From: an uncultured Gemmatimonadales bacterium
GTDB lineage: Bacteria; Gemmatimonadota; Gemmatimonadetes; Longimicrobiales; Gaopeijiaceae
Length of the DNA: 64,000 nt
Direction: 5' to 3'
NCBI GenBank assembly: GCA_963809895.1
Contig: CAWELD010000003.1
Coordinates: 2,080,001 to 2,144,000 of the forward strand
Under the pieces are notes generated by a model. That model did not search any database. It was not told the DNA's origin and saw nothing but the letters and a program-made list of their open reading frames with translations. Position 1 is the first letter of the stretch, and each line of letters begins with the position of its first letter. Shown one piece after another: positions 32,126 through 41,953 of the stretch. A program made the position numbers and the translations under genes.

Positions 32126-35100
32126 TTAGGAGCCTGTCCAGCTCGCGACGGGCTCGTCGTCACTGGAAGGCACGCGGGGCCAGCGCCGCCGCATGAGAAA
32201 GTAGATGCCGGGTACCACCACCAGGGTGAGGAGGGTGGAGGCCAGCGCGCCGGTGATGAGGGCGACGGCCAGTCCCTGGAAGATGGGGTCGAACAGGATG
32301 ACGATGGCCCCGATCACCACCGTCCCCGCCGTCAGGGCGATGGGTCGGGTCCGCACGGCGCCGGCCTCCAGCACTGCCTGCTTCAGCGGCACGTCCTGAT
32401 CGAGCCGCGCTTCCAGGTAGTCGATGAGGAGGATACCGTTGCGCACCATGATGCCCGCCAGGGCGATCATGCCGATCATGGAGGTGGCGGTGAAGAAGGC
32501 GTCGAAGATCCAGTGACCCGGCGCGATCCCCACCAGCGTCAGCGGGATGGCCGCCATCATGACCAGGGGCGTCGAGAACGACCCGAACCACGCCACGATC
32601 AGCACGTAGATGAGCACCAGGGCACCGGCGAACGCGATGCCCAGGTCCCGGAAGACCTCGTAGGTGATCTGCCACTCTCCATCCCACTTCAGCACCGGCG
32701 TCTCCACGGACGCCGGCTGGGCCGTGTAGAGCTCGGGGAGGGAGCCTCCCGCTTCGGGGAGGTGGGCCAGCTCGTCCTTGAGATCAAGAATGGCATACAC
32801 GGGGCTCTCCGCGCCACCCGCGACCTCGGCCGTGACGTAGACCACGCGCTCCCCGTTCTTGCGGTCGATGACCTGCGGAACCCGCGCTTCGTCGCGATCC
32901 ACGACCTCCGAGACCGGCACCAGGGCGCCGGTCCGCGACAGGACCTGGAGGCCGCTCAGACGGTCGTCGCCCGAGCGCGCCTCCTCGGCCAGGCGCACGC
33001 GCACCGGCACCGGCGTGCGCGCCTGCGGGGCGTCCAGCTGGGCCACGACCTGCCCCCCCACGCCCACCGCCAGAGCCTGGACCACCGATGCCTTCTCCAC
33101 GCCGGACAGCGCCGCCCGCTCCGGATCGACGGCGAAGCGGAGCTCGGTCTGGGGTGCGGTGAGCGACCAGTCCACGTCCACCACCGACGGGTGGTCACGG
33201 AAGCGCTGCATGACGGCCCTGGCCACCGTCTCGCGCTGGTCGGACGAGGGCGCGTACACCTCCGCCACCAGGGTGGAGAGCACCGGAGGACCGGGTGGCA
33301 CCTCCGCCACCTTGATGCGGGCGTCCACCTGGTGGCGCGCGGCGGCGGCGTCCACCAGGGGGCGCAGCGCCAAGGCCACGTCGTGGCTGCGGGCGCTGCG
33401 CTCCTGCTTCGGCACCAGATTCACCTGGAGATCCGCCACCGTCGGCCCCTGCCGCAGGTAGTAGTGACGGATCATGCCGTTGAAGTTGAAGGGCGCCGCG
33501 GTGCCCGCGTAGAGCTGGATGTCGGCCACTTCGGGCAAGGTGGTCGCGGCCCGCGCCATGTCCTGGGCCACGGCCAGCGTGGTCTCCAGCGGTGTTCCCT
33601 CCGGCAGATCCAGGATTACCTGGATCTCGTTCTTGTCGTCGAAGGGAAGCATCTTCATGCGCACGGTGCGGGTCAGGAACATCGCCCCGGCCCCGACCAG
33701 GAGGACGGACACCACCGCCAGGGCGCCCCACAGCCGTCGCGGATGCTCGAGGAGCGGCCCCATGATGCGCCGGTAGACGCGGTAGATGCGGGTCTTCTCC
33801 AGGACGTAGGCCTCGCCCTCGCCGGCATGGGCCCCCTTGAGGAGGCGGAACGCCAACCACGGCGTGATCATGAGGGCCACGCCCAGGCTGAAGAGCATGG
33901 CCACGGTGGCGCCGATGGGCATGGGACTCATGTAGGGCCCCATGAGGCCCGACACGAAGAGCATGGGCAGGACCGCCGCGATCACGGTCAGCGTGGCCAG
34001 GATCGTGGGATTGCCCACCTCGTCCACCGCGGCGCGGGCCGCGGCCCGTAGGGGGCGGTCCCGCATGGCGAAGTGACGCTCCATGTTCTCCGCCACGATG
34101 ATGGAGTCGTCGATGACGATGCCGGTGACGAAGATGAGGGCGAAGAGCGTCACGCGGTTCAGCGTGTAGCCGAAGACCTGATAGACGAAGAGCGTGAGGG
34201 CGAAGGTGACGGGCACGGCCATCATGACCACCACCGCGCTGCGCCAACCCATGGTCAGCGCCACCACCAGCCCCACCGCGAGCACCGCCATGAAGAGGTG
34301 CTCCTTGAGCGTCGTCACCTTCTCCCGCGCGGTCTCGCCGTAGTTGCGGGTCACCTGCACCTGCACGTCGTCGGGAATCACCTGCCCGTGCAGCCCGTCG
34401 AGGCGCGCCTCCAGAGCGCGGCCGACTTCGGTGGCGTCGGCACCGGGTCGCTTGGACGCGGCCAGCACCGCGAAGGGCTCCCAGACACCGGACGCGTCGG
34501 TGTTGAAGGTATACGTGTCCACCTCGGCGGGCCCGTCCACGATGCGGGCCACGTCACCCACCTGGACCAGGGCGCCGTCGCGCACGTCCAGCACCACCCG
34601 GGCCACGTCGTCGGCGCTGGACAGGAAGGGTCCCGCCACCACGCGCAGCACCTTCCCGTCGCGGGTGAAGGTGCCGGCATCGGCCCGCACGCCAGCGGCC
34701 TGCAGGCGCTGGACCACCAATCCGGGATCCACACCCCGGCCCGCCATGGCGTCGGGCAGCAGCTCCACCCGGATCTCCCGGGGCTGGCCACCCACCACGG
34801 TCACGTCACGCACGTCGGGAAGCGACTCCAGCTCGACCCGCACCTCGTCGGCCAGGCTGCGCAGCTCGGAGGGGTCGCGATCGGGACTTCGCAGGGTGGC
34901 CGTGAAGAAGGGCACGTCGTCGATGGTCACGGTCTTCACCAACGGCATGGTCACGCCCGGGGGCATGCGGTCGGCGTACTTCATGAGCGTGCTGTAGAGG
35001 CGAACCAGGCTCTCCTCCATGTCCCGGCCCACCTCGTAGCGCACCGTCACCAGGCCGAAGCCCGGCTCCGCGTGGCTGTAGACGTACTCCACGCCCTCGA

Positions 35101-35335
35101 TCCCCGAGAGGATGTTCTCCAGGGGGATGAGCACCCGATTCTCGACCTCGGCGGGCACGGCGCCGGGATACGGAACGTAGAGATCCGCCAGAGGCACGAT
35201 GATCTGGGGCTCCTCTTCGGACGGCATCGTAGCCAGCGTCCAGGCGCCTACCCCCAGGGCGCCCGCCATGAGGAGCGGTGTGAGCTTGGAGTCGAGAAAG
35301 ACGGCGGCGAGCCGTCCGGCGAGATTGCTCTTCAT
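32126..35335 (-). CDS. RND efflux permease (AcrB/CusA superfamily)
   Basis: 1069 aa, EEEPQI, TM4 GIVIDDSIIVAEN, TM10 GIMVRNGILL, RTRPIALT. Confidence 0.95.
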   Translation of the reverse strand: MKSNLAGRLAAVFLDSKLTPLLMAGALGVGAWTLATMPSEEEPQIIVPLADLYVPYPGAVPAEVENRVLIPLENILSGIEGVEYVYSHAEPGFGLVTVRYEVGRDMEESLVRLYSTLMKYADRMPPGVTMPLVKTVTIDDVPFFTATLRSPDRDPSELRSLADEVRVELESLPDVRDVTVVGGQPREIRVELLPDAMAGRGVDPGLVVQRLQAAGVRADAGTFTRDGKVLRVVAGPFLSSADDVARVVLDVRDGALVQVGDVARIVDGPAEVDTYTFNTDASGVWEPFAVLAASKRPGADATEVGRALEARLDGLHGQVIPDDVQVQVTRNYGETAREKVTTLKEHLFMAVLAVGLVVALTMGWRSAVVVMMAVPVTFALTLFVYQVFGYTLNRVTLFALIFVTGIVIDDSIIVAENMERHFAMRDRPLRAAARAAVDEVGNPTILATLTVIAAVLPMLFVSGLMGPYMSPMPIGATVAMLFSLGVALMITPWLAFRLLKGAHAGEGEAYVLEKTRIYRVYRRIMGPLLEHPRRLWGALAVVSVLLVGAGAMFLTRTVRMKMLPFDDKNEIQVILDLPEGTPLETTLAVAQDMARAATTLPEVADIQLYAGTAAPFNFNGMIRHYYLRQGPTVADLQVNLVPKQERSARSHDVALALRPLVDAAAARHQVDARIKVAEVPPGPPVLSTLVAEVYAPSSDQRETVARAVMQRFRDHPSVVDVDWSLTAPQTELRFAVDPERAALSGVEKASVVQALAVGVGGQVVAQLDAPQARTPVPVRVRLAEEARSGDDRLSGLQVLSRTGALVPVSEVVDRDEARVPQVIDRKNGERVVYVTAEVAGGAESPVYAILDLKDELAHLPEAGGSLPELYTAQPASVETPVLKWDGEWQITYEVFRDLGIAFAGALVLIYVLIVAWFGSFSTPLVMMAAIPLTLVGIAPGHWIFDAFFTATSMIGMIALAGIMVRNGILLIDYLEARLDQDVPLKQAVLEAGAVRTRPIALTAGTVVIGAIVILFDPIFQGLAVALITGALASTLLTLVVVPGIYFLMRRRWPRVPSSDDEPVASWTGS

Positions 35336-36390
35336 CGGGCGGCCTCCGTCTCCGACGCGGCCGGGCCGGCCGCGGTCGGGGGCGCCTCGGAGGTCGTCCG
35401 GGACACGGGCTGGCCGTCACGGAGGGTGTCCGCCGGACGCCGCACCACCGTGAGCGTTCCGGGGGGCCCGGCGAGGACCTCCACGACCTCGTCGAGGGAT
35501 CGCCCGAGGCGCAGCCAGCGCAGGCGCAGGGTGTCGGCCTCCACGACGTAGACTCCTTGCAGCTGCCCGCGCCGTACCACGGCATCGGCGGGAATCCACT
35601 GGCTCCCGGAGCCCACGTCGTCCAGCTCGAGGCTTACCACCTGCCCGGCCCTGAGCCCCGAACCCGAGGGTGAGGCTTCCACCCGGAAGCGACGGGTGGT
35701 GGGATCGAGCGTCGGCACCACACGGGTCACGGTCGCCGGCACCCTGTCGCCTGCGGCGGTGCGAACCGCGACCGCCTGGCCCGGGCGCACCGATCCCGAC
35801 AGGTCCGAGGGCAGGTCCGCCGCCACCTTGAGGGCGCCGGTGCCGGCGATGCGCAGCACCGCGCGCCCCGGCACCGCCAGGTCGCCGGGATCGGCCATGC
35901 GCGCGGTGACCACCCCGTCGAAGGGCGCCCTGACCTCCACGTACGCCGCCTGCGCTTCGGCTTCCTGCACCGCTGCGCGGGCGGAGGAGGCCCGGGCGCT
36001 CATCTCGTCCAGCTCCTGCTGCGACGCCGCGCCGTCGGCGGCCAATCGCTGCACGCGCCCCAGGGTGCGCTCCGCCAGTTCCGCGGCCGCCCGGGCGCCC
36101 TCGATACGGGCCTGCACGTCGCTGGCGTCCAGGTGCGCCACCACCTGGCCCGCACGCACACGGTCCCCCACGTCCACGTCCACGCCGGTGAGCGTGCCGC
36201 TGGCGCGGGTCGCCACGTCGGCGCTCTGGCCGGATTCAACGCGCGCGGCGTAGCGGGCCGCGGCCGGCGCCGTCCAGGCCTCGGTGACCGTCACGGCCAC
36301 CGGCTCCACCGGCCCCGTCTCCGGACGGGGCTCGTCGCCCCCGCAGGCCGCCACGAGGGCGGCGCTCGCCACGATCCAGATGTGCTTCAT
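35332..36390 (-). CDS. RND periplasmic adaptor (membrane fusion protein), lipoprotein
   Basis: MKHIW...LVAAC lipobox, GDRVRAGQ, VRAPFDGVV, DPTTRRFRVE; start refined to ATG 36390. Confidence 0.93.
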   Translation of the reverse strand: MKHIWIVASAALVAACGGDEPRPETGPVEPVAVTVTEAWTAPAAARYAARVESGQSADVATRASGTLTGVDVDVGDRVRAGQVVAHLDASDVQARIEGARAAAELAERTLGRVQRLAADGAASQQELDEMSARASSARAAVQEAEAQAAYVEVRAPFDGVVTARMADPGDLAVPGRAVLRIAGTGALKVAADLPSDLSGSVRPGQAVAVRTAAGDRVPATVTRVVPTLDPTTRRFRVEASPSGSGLRAGQVVSLELDDVGSGSQWIPADAVVRRGQLQGVYVVEADTLRLRWLRLGRSLDEVVEVLAGPPGTLTVVRRPADTLRDGQPVSRTTSEAPPTAAGPAASETEAAR

Positions 36391-37751
36391 CGTCGGTCTC
36401 CCTCGCGGGTGGTGTTCGTATCGTCGTTGTGGTCGCCCAGAGCGAAATCGAGCGTCGCCCGGGCCATGAGGAGCTGCGCCTCGGCGTCCACGCGAGCCGC
36501 TCGCAGACGCGCGGCCTGTGCCTCGGCCTGGAGGAGGTCCGAGAGGGTCGTCATGCCCTCGTCGTACCGGCTGCGCAGGAGCCGTGCGGCCTCCCGGGCC
36601 GCATCGTCGGCCACCCGGGCGCTGGCCACCGCGTCGTGCGCCGATTCGAGGCCCCGACGCGCCGACGCGAGCTGGACCTGTGCGGCGCGGAGCTGCGCCT
36701 CGTGACGCGCCTCCGCGGCGCGGGCCTGGGCACCCGCGGCGTCGGCCCCGGCGCTGAGACCGAAGCCGGTGAAGAGGGGCACCGAGACCTCCACACCCAC
36801 GGTCCAGTTGGCCGAGGGATCGTCGAGGAAGCCCGGCGCGTGGCTGCCCAACTGGGCGAACCCCGCCACCGTGGGCAGCCGGGACAGCGTCGCCGAGCGG
36901 GCCCGGGCGCGGGCAGCGTCGGCGGCAGCCGCCGCGGCGCGCACATCCGCCCGGGACCCGGGGTCCGCGGGCAAGGCCGACAGGTCGTCGGACATGGTCG
37001 GCAGCGAGTCCACAGGCTCGGGAACCCGGTCCACGGGCCAACCCAGCTGAGCCCCCAGGGCGTCCAGCGCGTCCGCCACGGCGGCTCCGGCGCGCGCCAG
37101 CCTGGCTTCGGTATCGGCGCGGGCAGCTTCGGCCTGGAGGACGTCGGCGTCGGTGGCCATGCCCTCGTCGCGCCGCCGGCCCGTGCGGTCCCGGGTCGCT
37201 TCAGCCGCCTCCAGGGCGGCCTGAGCGGCACCCACCTGGCCTCGGGCGCGCACCGCTCCGAGGTAGAGGAGCCGCGCCCGGTAGCGGGTGGCCTCGGCGG
37301 TGCGGTCGGCCGCGGCCCCGGCAGCCCTGGCGTCTCCACGAGCCGCGTCCAATCCCGCCCAGCGTGCCGGCGCGCCCACCTCCCAGCGCGCTCCCAGGCC
37401 GGCGGTCCAGTCGGACACGGGGTCGGGGTCGTTCAACGCGTCGATGTCCAGATCCTGGGCGCCGAAGCGCTCCTGCCGCAGCTTGGCACCGAAGACGGCC
37501 ACGGGATCGTCGGTTCGCATGGCGCCGGCGTTGGCCTGGACCCCGGGCCAGCGGAAGGCCCCCGCGGCGTCCGCTGCCCGATCCGCGGCGCGTGCGTCCT
37601 CTCTGGCCGCGCGTAGCGAGGGGTTTCCGGCCAGCGCCTGGGCCTCGGCCTCGGCCAGGGTGATGGGCACCCGCTGGGGCGCCTGGGCCGACGCCGCGGG
37701 CGGCGCTCCCAGCAGGAGCAGCGGCAAGAGCAGTCGAAGAGATCGGGTCAT
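36387..37751 (-). CDS. TolC family outer membrane efflux protein
   Basis: Signal peptide, ITLAEA..QALAGNPSL, VSVPLFTG, RYDEGMTTLSDLLQAE. Confidence 0.92.
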   Translation of the reverse strand: MTRSLRLLLPLLLLGAPPAASAQAPQRVPITLAEAEAQALAGNPSLRAAREDARAADRAADAAGAFRWPGVQANAGAMRTDDPVAVFGAKLRQERFGAQDLDIDALNDPDPVSDWTAGLGARWEVGAPARWAGLDAARGDARAAGAAADRTAEATRYRARLLYLGAVRARGQVGAAQAALEAAEATRDRTGRRRDEGMATDADVLQAEAARADTEARLARAGAAVADALDALGAQLGWPVDRVPEPVDSLPTMSDDLSALPADPGSRADVRAAAAAADAARARARSATLSRLPTVAGFAQLGSHAPGFLDDPSANWTVGVEVSVPLFTGFGLSAGADAAGAQARAAEARHEAQLRAAQVQLASARRGLESAHDAVASARVADDAAREAARLLRSRYDEGMTTLSDLLQAEAQAARLRAARVDAEAQLLMARATLDFALGDHNDDTNTTREGDRR

Positions 37752-37813
37752 GGCTCGTATCGCGTGAGGACGCGTGGATTGCGGGGATGCGGAGCGTCAC
37801 GGTGTGAGGGCCC

Positions 37814-38117
37814 TCAACCGGCGTCGCCCCGAAGGCACGACAGCACCTTCAGGGATCGGGGGTCGCCCAGCCTGTAGTAGACGTGGACGCCCTCCCTGCG
37901 CCGGGCGAGCACGCCCTTGTCACGCATGAGGTTCAGGTGCTGCGAGCACAGGGCCTGTTCCAGCGCCAACGCCTCGTGGATCTCCGTCACCGTCGCCTCG
38001 CCGGTGCGCTCCAGCAGATCGATGATGCGCAGGCGCACCGGGATGGCCCAGGCAGCGGAGCATCCTCGCCGTGGACTCGAAACGATCGTCGGGTGTTTTC
38101 GATGCGCGCGGTGACAT
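37814..38117 (-). CDS. ArsR/SmtB family transcriptional regulator (one extra base near 38040)
   Basis: MSPRAS...ARMLRCLGHP in one frame continues as VRLRIIDLL...SQHL..MRDKGVL..RREG..VYYRL in the next; removing one base from CATCCCGGTG restores HPVRL. Confidence 0.85.
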
Positions 38118-38142
38118 GGGCGGTCCCCTGAAGGATCGTAAC

Positions 38143-38166
38143 ATTAGAAGATAGTAATATTCTAAT
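38143..38166. promoter_or_regulatory. AT-rich inverted repeat; likely ArsR operator
   Basis: ATTAGAA-gatagtaata-TTCTAAT, 25 nt upstream of the arsR ATG; TTGACG (-35-like) on the minus strand at 38177-38182. Confidence 0.7.
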
Positions 38167-38230
38167 ATTCTGAGGCCGTCAAGGCCCAGTGAGGGGGTCA
38201 TGCGAGAGTGTCAGAGCCGCGGGCTGGGCG

Positions 38231-39080
38231 TCAGTTCAACCGTCGCCGCCGGGAAACCTCGTCGAGGAGGCGGCGTTCGTCTCTGGTGAGGGAGCTCATG
38301 CCGTGGGCGGAGATCTTGTCCAGCACCCGATCGACCTCGTCCAGGAGGCGACGCTCCTCGACGTTGCTCCACCCCGTGCGCTGCTGTTTGGACGACGCGT
38401 CCTCGGCCGTCTCGTCGGCCTCGTCACGGGGCACGATGGCCAGCCGGCGGGGCGCCTTCGGGGCCACCTTCTTCAGCCGCTCCAGCGCCCGCGAGGTACG
38501 CCAATCGGCCTTCAGGTAGATGAAGGCGGCCAGCAGACCGCCCAGATGGGCGAAGTGGGCGGTGGGTCCGCCGGGCGCGCCGAAGGCGCCGAAGAGGGTC
38601 ATGAGAAAGAAGAAGGCCACGAGCCACTTCGCCTTCACCGGAAAGATGCCCCAGATGTAGATGGGGGCGTCGGGCCAGTTCATGGCGAAGGCCGAGCATG
38701 AGTCCGAAGCACGCAGCCGACGCGCCCACGACCCACACCGGAGCGAGCAGGAGACTCAGGACCGCGCCTCCCAGGCCGGCCACCACGTAGAACCGGAAGA
38801 ACTCCCTCCCGCCCCAACGCGCCTCGAGCGGAGGCCCGAAGAAGAAGAGCACCAACATGTTCACGAACAGGTGCATGAAGCCGGCATGCACGAACATGTA
38901 GGTGAACACGCCCCACGGCCGGGTGAGGATCCGCTGGGGCTGGAGCGCGAACCACTCGTTGACGAGCCCCTGGCCGGCCAGGAGGGTCAGCAGGAAGACG
39001 ATCCCGTTGGCCACGAGGAGTCGCTTCACCACCGGGGTGAGCGAGTAGCTGAATCCGAAGCTCCGGCTCTGGTACGCCAT
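38231..39080 (-). CDS. Rhomboid intramembrane serine protease with C-terminal helical domain (one extra base near 38693)
   Basis: PW..FTYMFVHA..MHLFVNM, GAS, AHFAHLGG, C-terminal EVDRVLDKIS..G..SLT..ER; removing one base restores GLMLAFAMNWPD. Confidence 0.88.
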
Positions 39081-39175
39081 GTTCCCGCCGTTGAGGGTCC
39101 GACCCTGCCCCACCACCTATACTAGCCTACGCCCCGGTCCCGGGGCCATGTCAAATCGGCCCCCCCGGGGAGGTC

Positions 39176-40198
39176 TCAAACCCCCGTCCCGCGGTCCGGG
39201 TTCCGGGCCGCGGCCAGACGAGCGATCCGGTGGCAGAGCTCGGGAAACGACACGCCCATGGCTCGGGCCGCCTTGGGCAGCAGGCTGTTGGCGGTCATTC
39301 CCGGCAGCGCGTTGGCCTCCAGGCACCACGCGGTCCCGTCGTCGTCCAGGATGAAGTCCACACGGGAGAAATCCCGGAGTCGGAGGGCCCGGTGCACGCG
39401 CACCGCGAGCTCTTGCACGTGTCGTGCCGTGTCGTCGGGCAGATCGGCGGGAAAGATCTCCTGGGCCATGCCCGGCTGGTACTTGCACGCGTAGTCGAAG
39501 ATCTCGTGCTCGGGAATGATCTCGCCCACGGGCAAGGCCTGGTCGCCCACGACCCCCACCGTCAGCTCACGCCCCGGAACGTAGCGCTCCCACACGGGCA
39601 GATCGCCGAAGCGCGAGGCCGCCTCCACCGCCGCTTCCAGCTCCGCCCGGTCATGCGCCAGATGGAGGCGGAGCGACGAGCCCCCGCCCGCCGCCTTCAC
39701 GATCACGGGAAGGCCGAGGGCCGCCTCCACCTCGTCGGCGCTGTGCTCTCCGGCCAGCCAGTCCGGGGTCGGAACGCCGGCGTCCCGGAGGAGCCGCTTG
39801 GTGACCTCCTTGTCCATGGCCAGCGAACAGCCGAGCCGGTCGCTCCCGGTGTAGGTCACGCCGGCGGCGTCCAGGAGCGCCTGCAGGGTGCCGTCTTCTC
39901 CCGTTCCGCCGTGGAGCGCCAGGAAGTAGACGTCCACGTCGCGCAGATCGGGATCCCGGGTCAGGGCCACGGTGTGGCTCTCGTCCAGGTCGCGGAGCTC
40001 CTCGTCGAGGGGCGGCGCCGCGCGCACGCCGGATTCCAGCAGGCGGGCTTCGTCGTCCCGGGACAGGAGGCCCCGCACCGTATCCACCGCCACCACGTCG
40101 TGGCCCGCCTGGCGGAGCGCCGCCGCCACCTGCGCGCCGGAAGACAGGGAGACCTCGCGCTCGTCGGAGGTCCCCCCCATGAGGACCGCGATCTTCAC
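39176..40198 (-). CDS. ddl: D-alanine--D-alanine ligase
   Basis: KIAVLMGGTSDEREVSL.SG, LHGGTGEDG, FDYACKY, LEANALPGMT; GTG start 40198. Confidence 0.95.
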   Translation of the reverse strand: MKIAVLMGGTSDEREVSLSSGAQVAAALRQAGHDVVAVDTVRGLLSRDDEARLLESGVRAAPPLDEELRDLDESHTVALTRDPDLRDVDVYFLALHGGTGEDGTLQALLDAAGVTYTGSDRLGCSLAMDKEVTKRLLRDAGVPTPDWLAGEHSADEVEAALGLPVIVKAAGGGSSLRLHLAHDRAELEAAVEAASRFGDLPVWERYVPGRELTVGVVGDQALPVGEIIPEHEIFDYACKYQPGMAQEIFPADLPDDTARHVQELAVRVHRALRLRDFSRVDFILDDDGTAWCLEANALPGMTANSLLPKAARAMGVSFPELCHRIARLAAARNPDRGTGV

Positions 40199-41583
40199 AC
40201 CCGGCTCTGGGTCAGGTCGCGCACCACGTCGTAGCGGGTGACGATGTCGTCCAGCGACCCGTCCCGCCGCACGAGCACGGCGGGATTCTGCCGCAGCAGA
40301 CGGCTGACCTCCTCCGCGTCCGTGAGGGCGTCCACCACCGGGAAGGGGGTATCCATGGCACCCTCCACCGACCGGTCCAACAGACCCGGATCCTCCAGGA
40401 CGGCCGCCATGAGCTCGGCCTCGCGCACCGATCCCACGCACTCTCCGTCCAGCACCACCGGGAGCTGGGACACGCCGTGCGTGGTCATGGTGGACAGCGC
40501 CATCTGCACCGCCGTGGTGGGCGAGACGGTCATGAGAGCCGGGGCGTCTTCCTTGGCCGCCAGGACGTCGGCGGCCGTGCGGCGCCTGGGGCGCTCCAGG
40601 AATCCGTTCTCGCGCATCCACTCGTCGTCGAAGCACTTGCTGAGATAGTGCTCGCCCCAGTCACACAGGACCGACACGACGAAGGCGTCGGGGTCGTCCA
40701 GCTCCCGGGCCAGCTCCACGGCCGCGTGGGTGATGAGCCCGGCGGATCCTCCCACGAAGAGTCCCTCTTCGCGGGTGAGGCGGCGCGCCATGCGAAAGCT
40801 GTCGCCGTCGGAGACCGTCACGTAACGGTCCACGACGTCCAGGTCCAGGGTGCCCGGGATCTTGTCGTTGCCCAGGCCCTCGACCTTGTAGGGATGTCCC
40901 TCGATCTCTTCGCCGGTGTTGAACCAGGGCCCGATCATGGAGCCTTCGGGATCGACGCCGACGATCTGGACCTCCGCATTCTGCTCCTTGAGGAAGCGCC
41001 CGGTTCCGGTGATGGTGCCTCCGGTTCCCGCGCCGGCCAGGAAGTGGCTGATGCGTCCGCCGCTCTGCTCCCACAACTCGGGCCCGGTGCTCCGGTAGTG
41101 GGCGTCGGGATTGGCTTCGTTGTAGAACTGGTTGGCGAGGACCGCGCCAGGCGTACTGCGGGCGATGGCCTTGGCCTTCATCACGTAGTTTTCGGGATGA
41201 TCCGGTGGCACCGCCGTCGGCGTGATGACGACCTCGGCACCGAACGCTCTGAGGAGCTTGACCTTCTCCGAGCTCATCTTGTCCGGCATGGTGAAGATGC
41301 ACCGGTAGCCGCGCATGGCCGCCACCATGGCCAGGGCCAGACCGGTGTTCCCGCTGGTGCCCTCCACGACGGTGCCTCCTGGACGCAACGTGCCCTCGCG
41401 CTCGGCGGCCTCGATCATGGACAGGCCGATACGGTCCTTCACCGAGCCGCCCGGGTTCATGAACTCGCACTTCCCGTAGACCGGCGTCGGGCAGCCGTCG
41501 GTGACCCGGTTCAGGCGGACGAGGGGGGTCCATCCGACCACCTGGAGAATGTCGTCGTAGGGCCGGCGATGGCGCTCACTCAT
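40195..41583 (-). CDS. Cystathionine beta-synthase (PLP domain plus C-terminal CBS pair)
   Basis: KCEFMNPGGSVKDRI, EGTSGNTG, GTGGTITG, YKVEGLG, followed by tandem CBS domains. Confidence 0.9.
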   Translation of the reverse strand: MSERHRRPYDDILQVVGWTPLVRLNRVTDGCPTPVYGKCEFMNPGGSVKDRIGLSMIEAAEREGTLRPGGTVVEGTSGNTGLALAMVAAMRGYRCIFTMPDKMSSEKVKLLRAFGAEVVITPTAVPPDHPENYVMKAKAIARSTPGAVLANQFYNEANPDAHYRSTGPELWEQSGGRISHFLAGAGTGGTITGTGRFLKEQNAEVQIVGVDPEGSMIGPWFNTGEEIEGHPYKVEGLGNDKIPGTLDLDVVDRYVTVSDGDSFRMARRLTREEGLFVGGSAGLITHAAVELARELDDPDAFVVSVLCDWGEHYLSKCFDDEWMRENGFLERPRRRTAADVLAAKEDAPALMTVSPTTAVQMALSTMTTHGVSQLPVVLDGECVGSVREAELMAAVLEDPGLLDRSVEGAMDTPFPVVDALTDAEEVSRLLRQNPAVLVRRDGSLDDIVTRYDVVRDLTQSRV

Positions 41584-41953
41584 GCTCGCCCCCGGGGCGT
41601 GGACGCTTGGAGAAGTGGACGGGGACCTCGGCCCAGACCTCGATGCGCTTGCCGTTGCGCCTCGCCGGCTGGAACCTGAGCTCCCGCGCGCCTGCGATGG
41701 CGGCGGAGTCGAAGGCCGAATGGCCGCTGGGGTCGAGGACCTCGACGCTGTCCACCCGACCGGTGTCGGTGACACGGACCCGGAGCAGCGTCTCACCCTC
41801 CACGTCCTGGTCCCAGAGCTCCACGGGATACTCGATGGGGACCTCGCCGTAGAGGGGGGTCGGCCGCTCGATCTGCTGATCGCCCGCGCACGCCGAGCCC
41901 AGCACGACGGGCGCGAGGATCCAGATGCGACGCAGGTCGGGAAAATCCATCAT
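41576..41953 (-). CDS. TonB C-terminal domain protein (short, probable lipoprotein)
   Basis: GSAC lipobox-like, YP......VEG...LRVRV...GRV, FD.AA......FQPA..NGK. Confidence 0.85.
   Translation of the reverse strand: MMDFPDLRRIWILAPVVLGSACAGDQQIERPTPLYGEVPIEYPVELWDQDVEGETLLRVRVTDTGRVDSVEVLDPSGHSAFDSAAIAGARELRFQPARRNGKRIEVWAEVPVHFSKRPRPGGEHE

Noticed and set aside
31559..38166. RND operon as a horizontally acquired island
   Set aside because: No visible GC shift, flanking direct repeats or mobility genes.
39124..39154. TTGACA-N19-TAGGCT promoter upstream of rhomboid
   Set aside because: Perfect -35 but a 19-nt spacer; plausible, not strong enough to call.
39176..40198. ddl as a possible Van-type (D-Ala-D-Lac) ligase
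   Set aside because: The omega loop reads FDYACKY (Tyr, DdlB-like), and there are no vanH/vanX neighbours.
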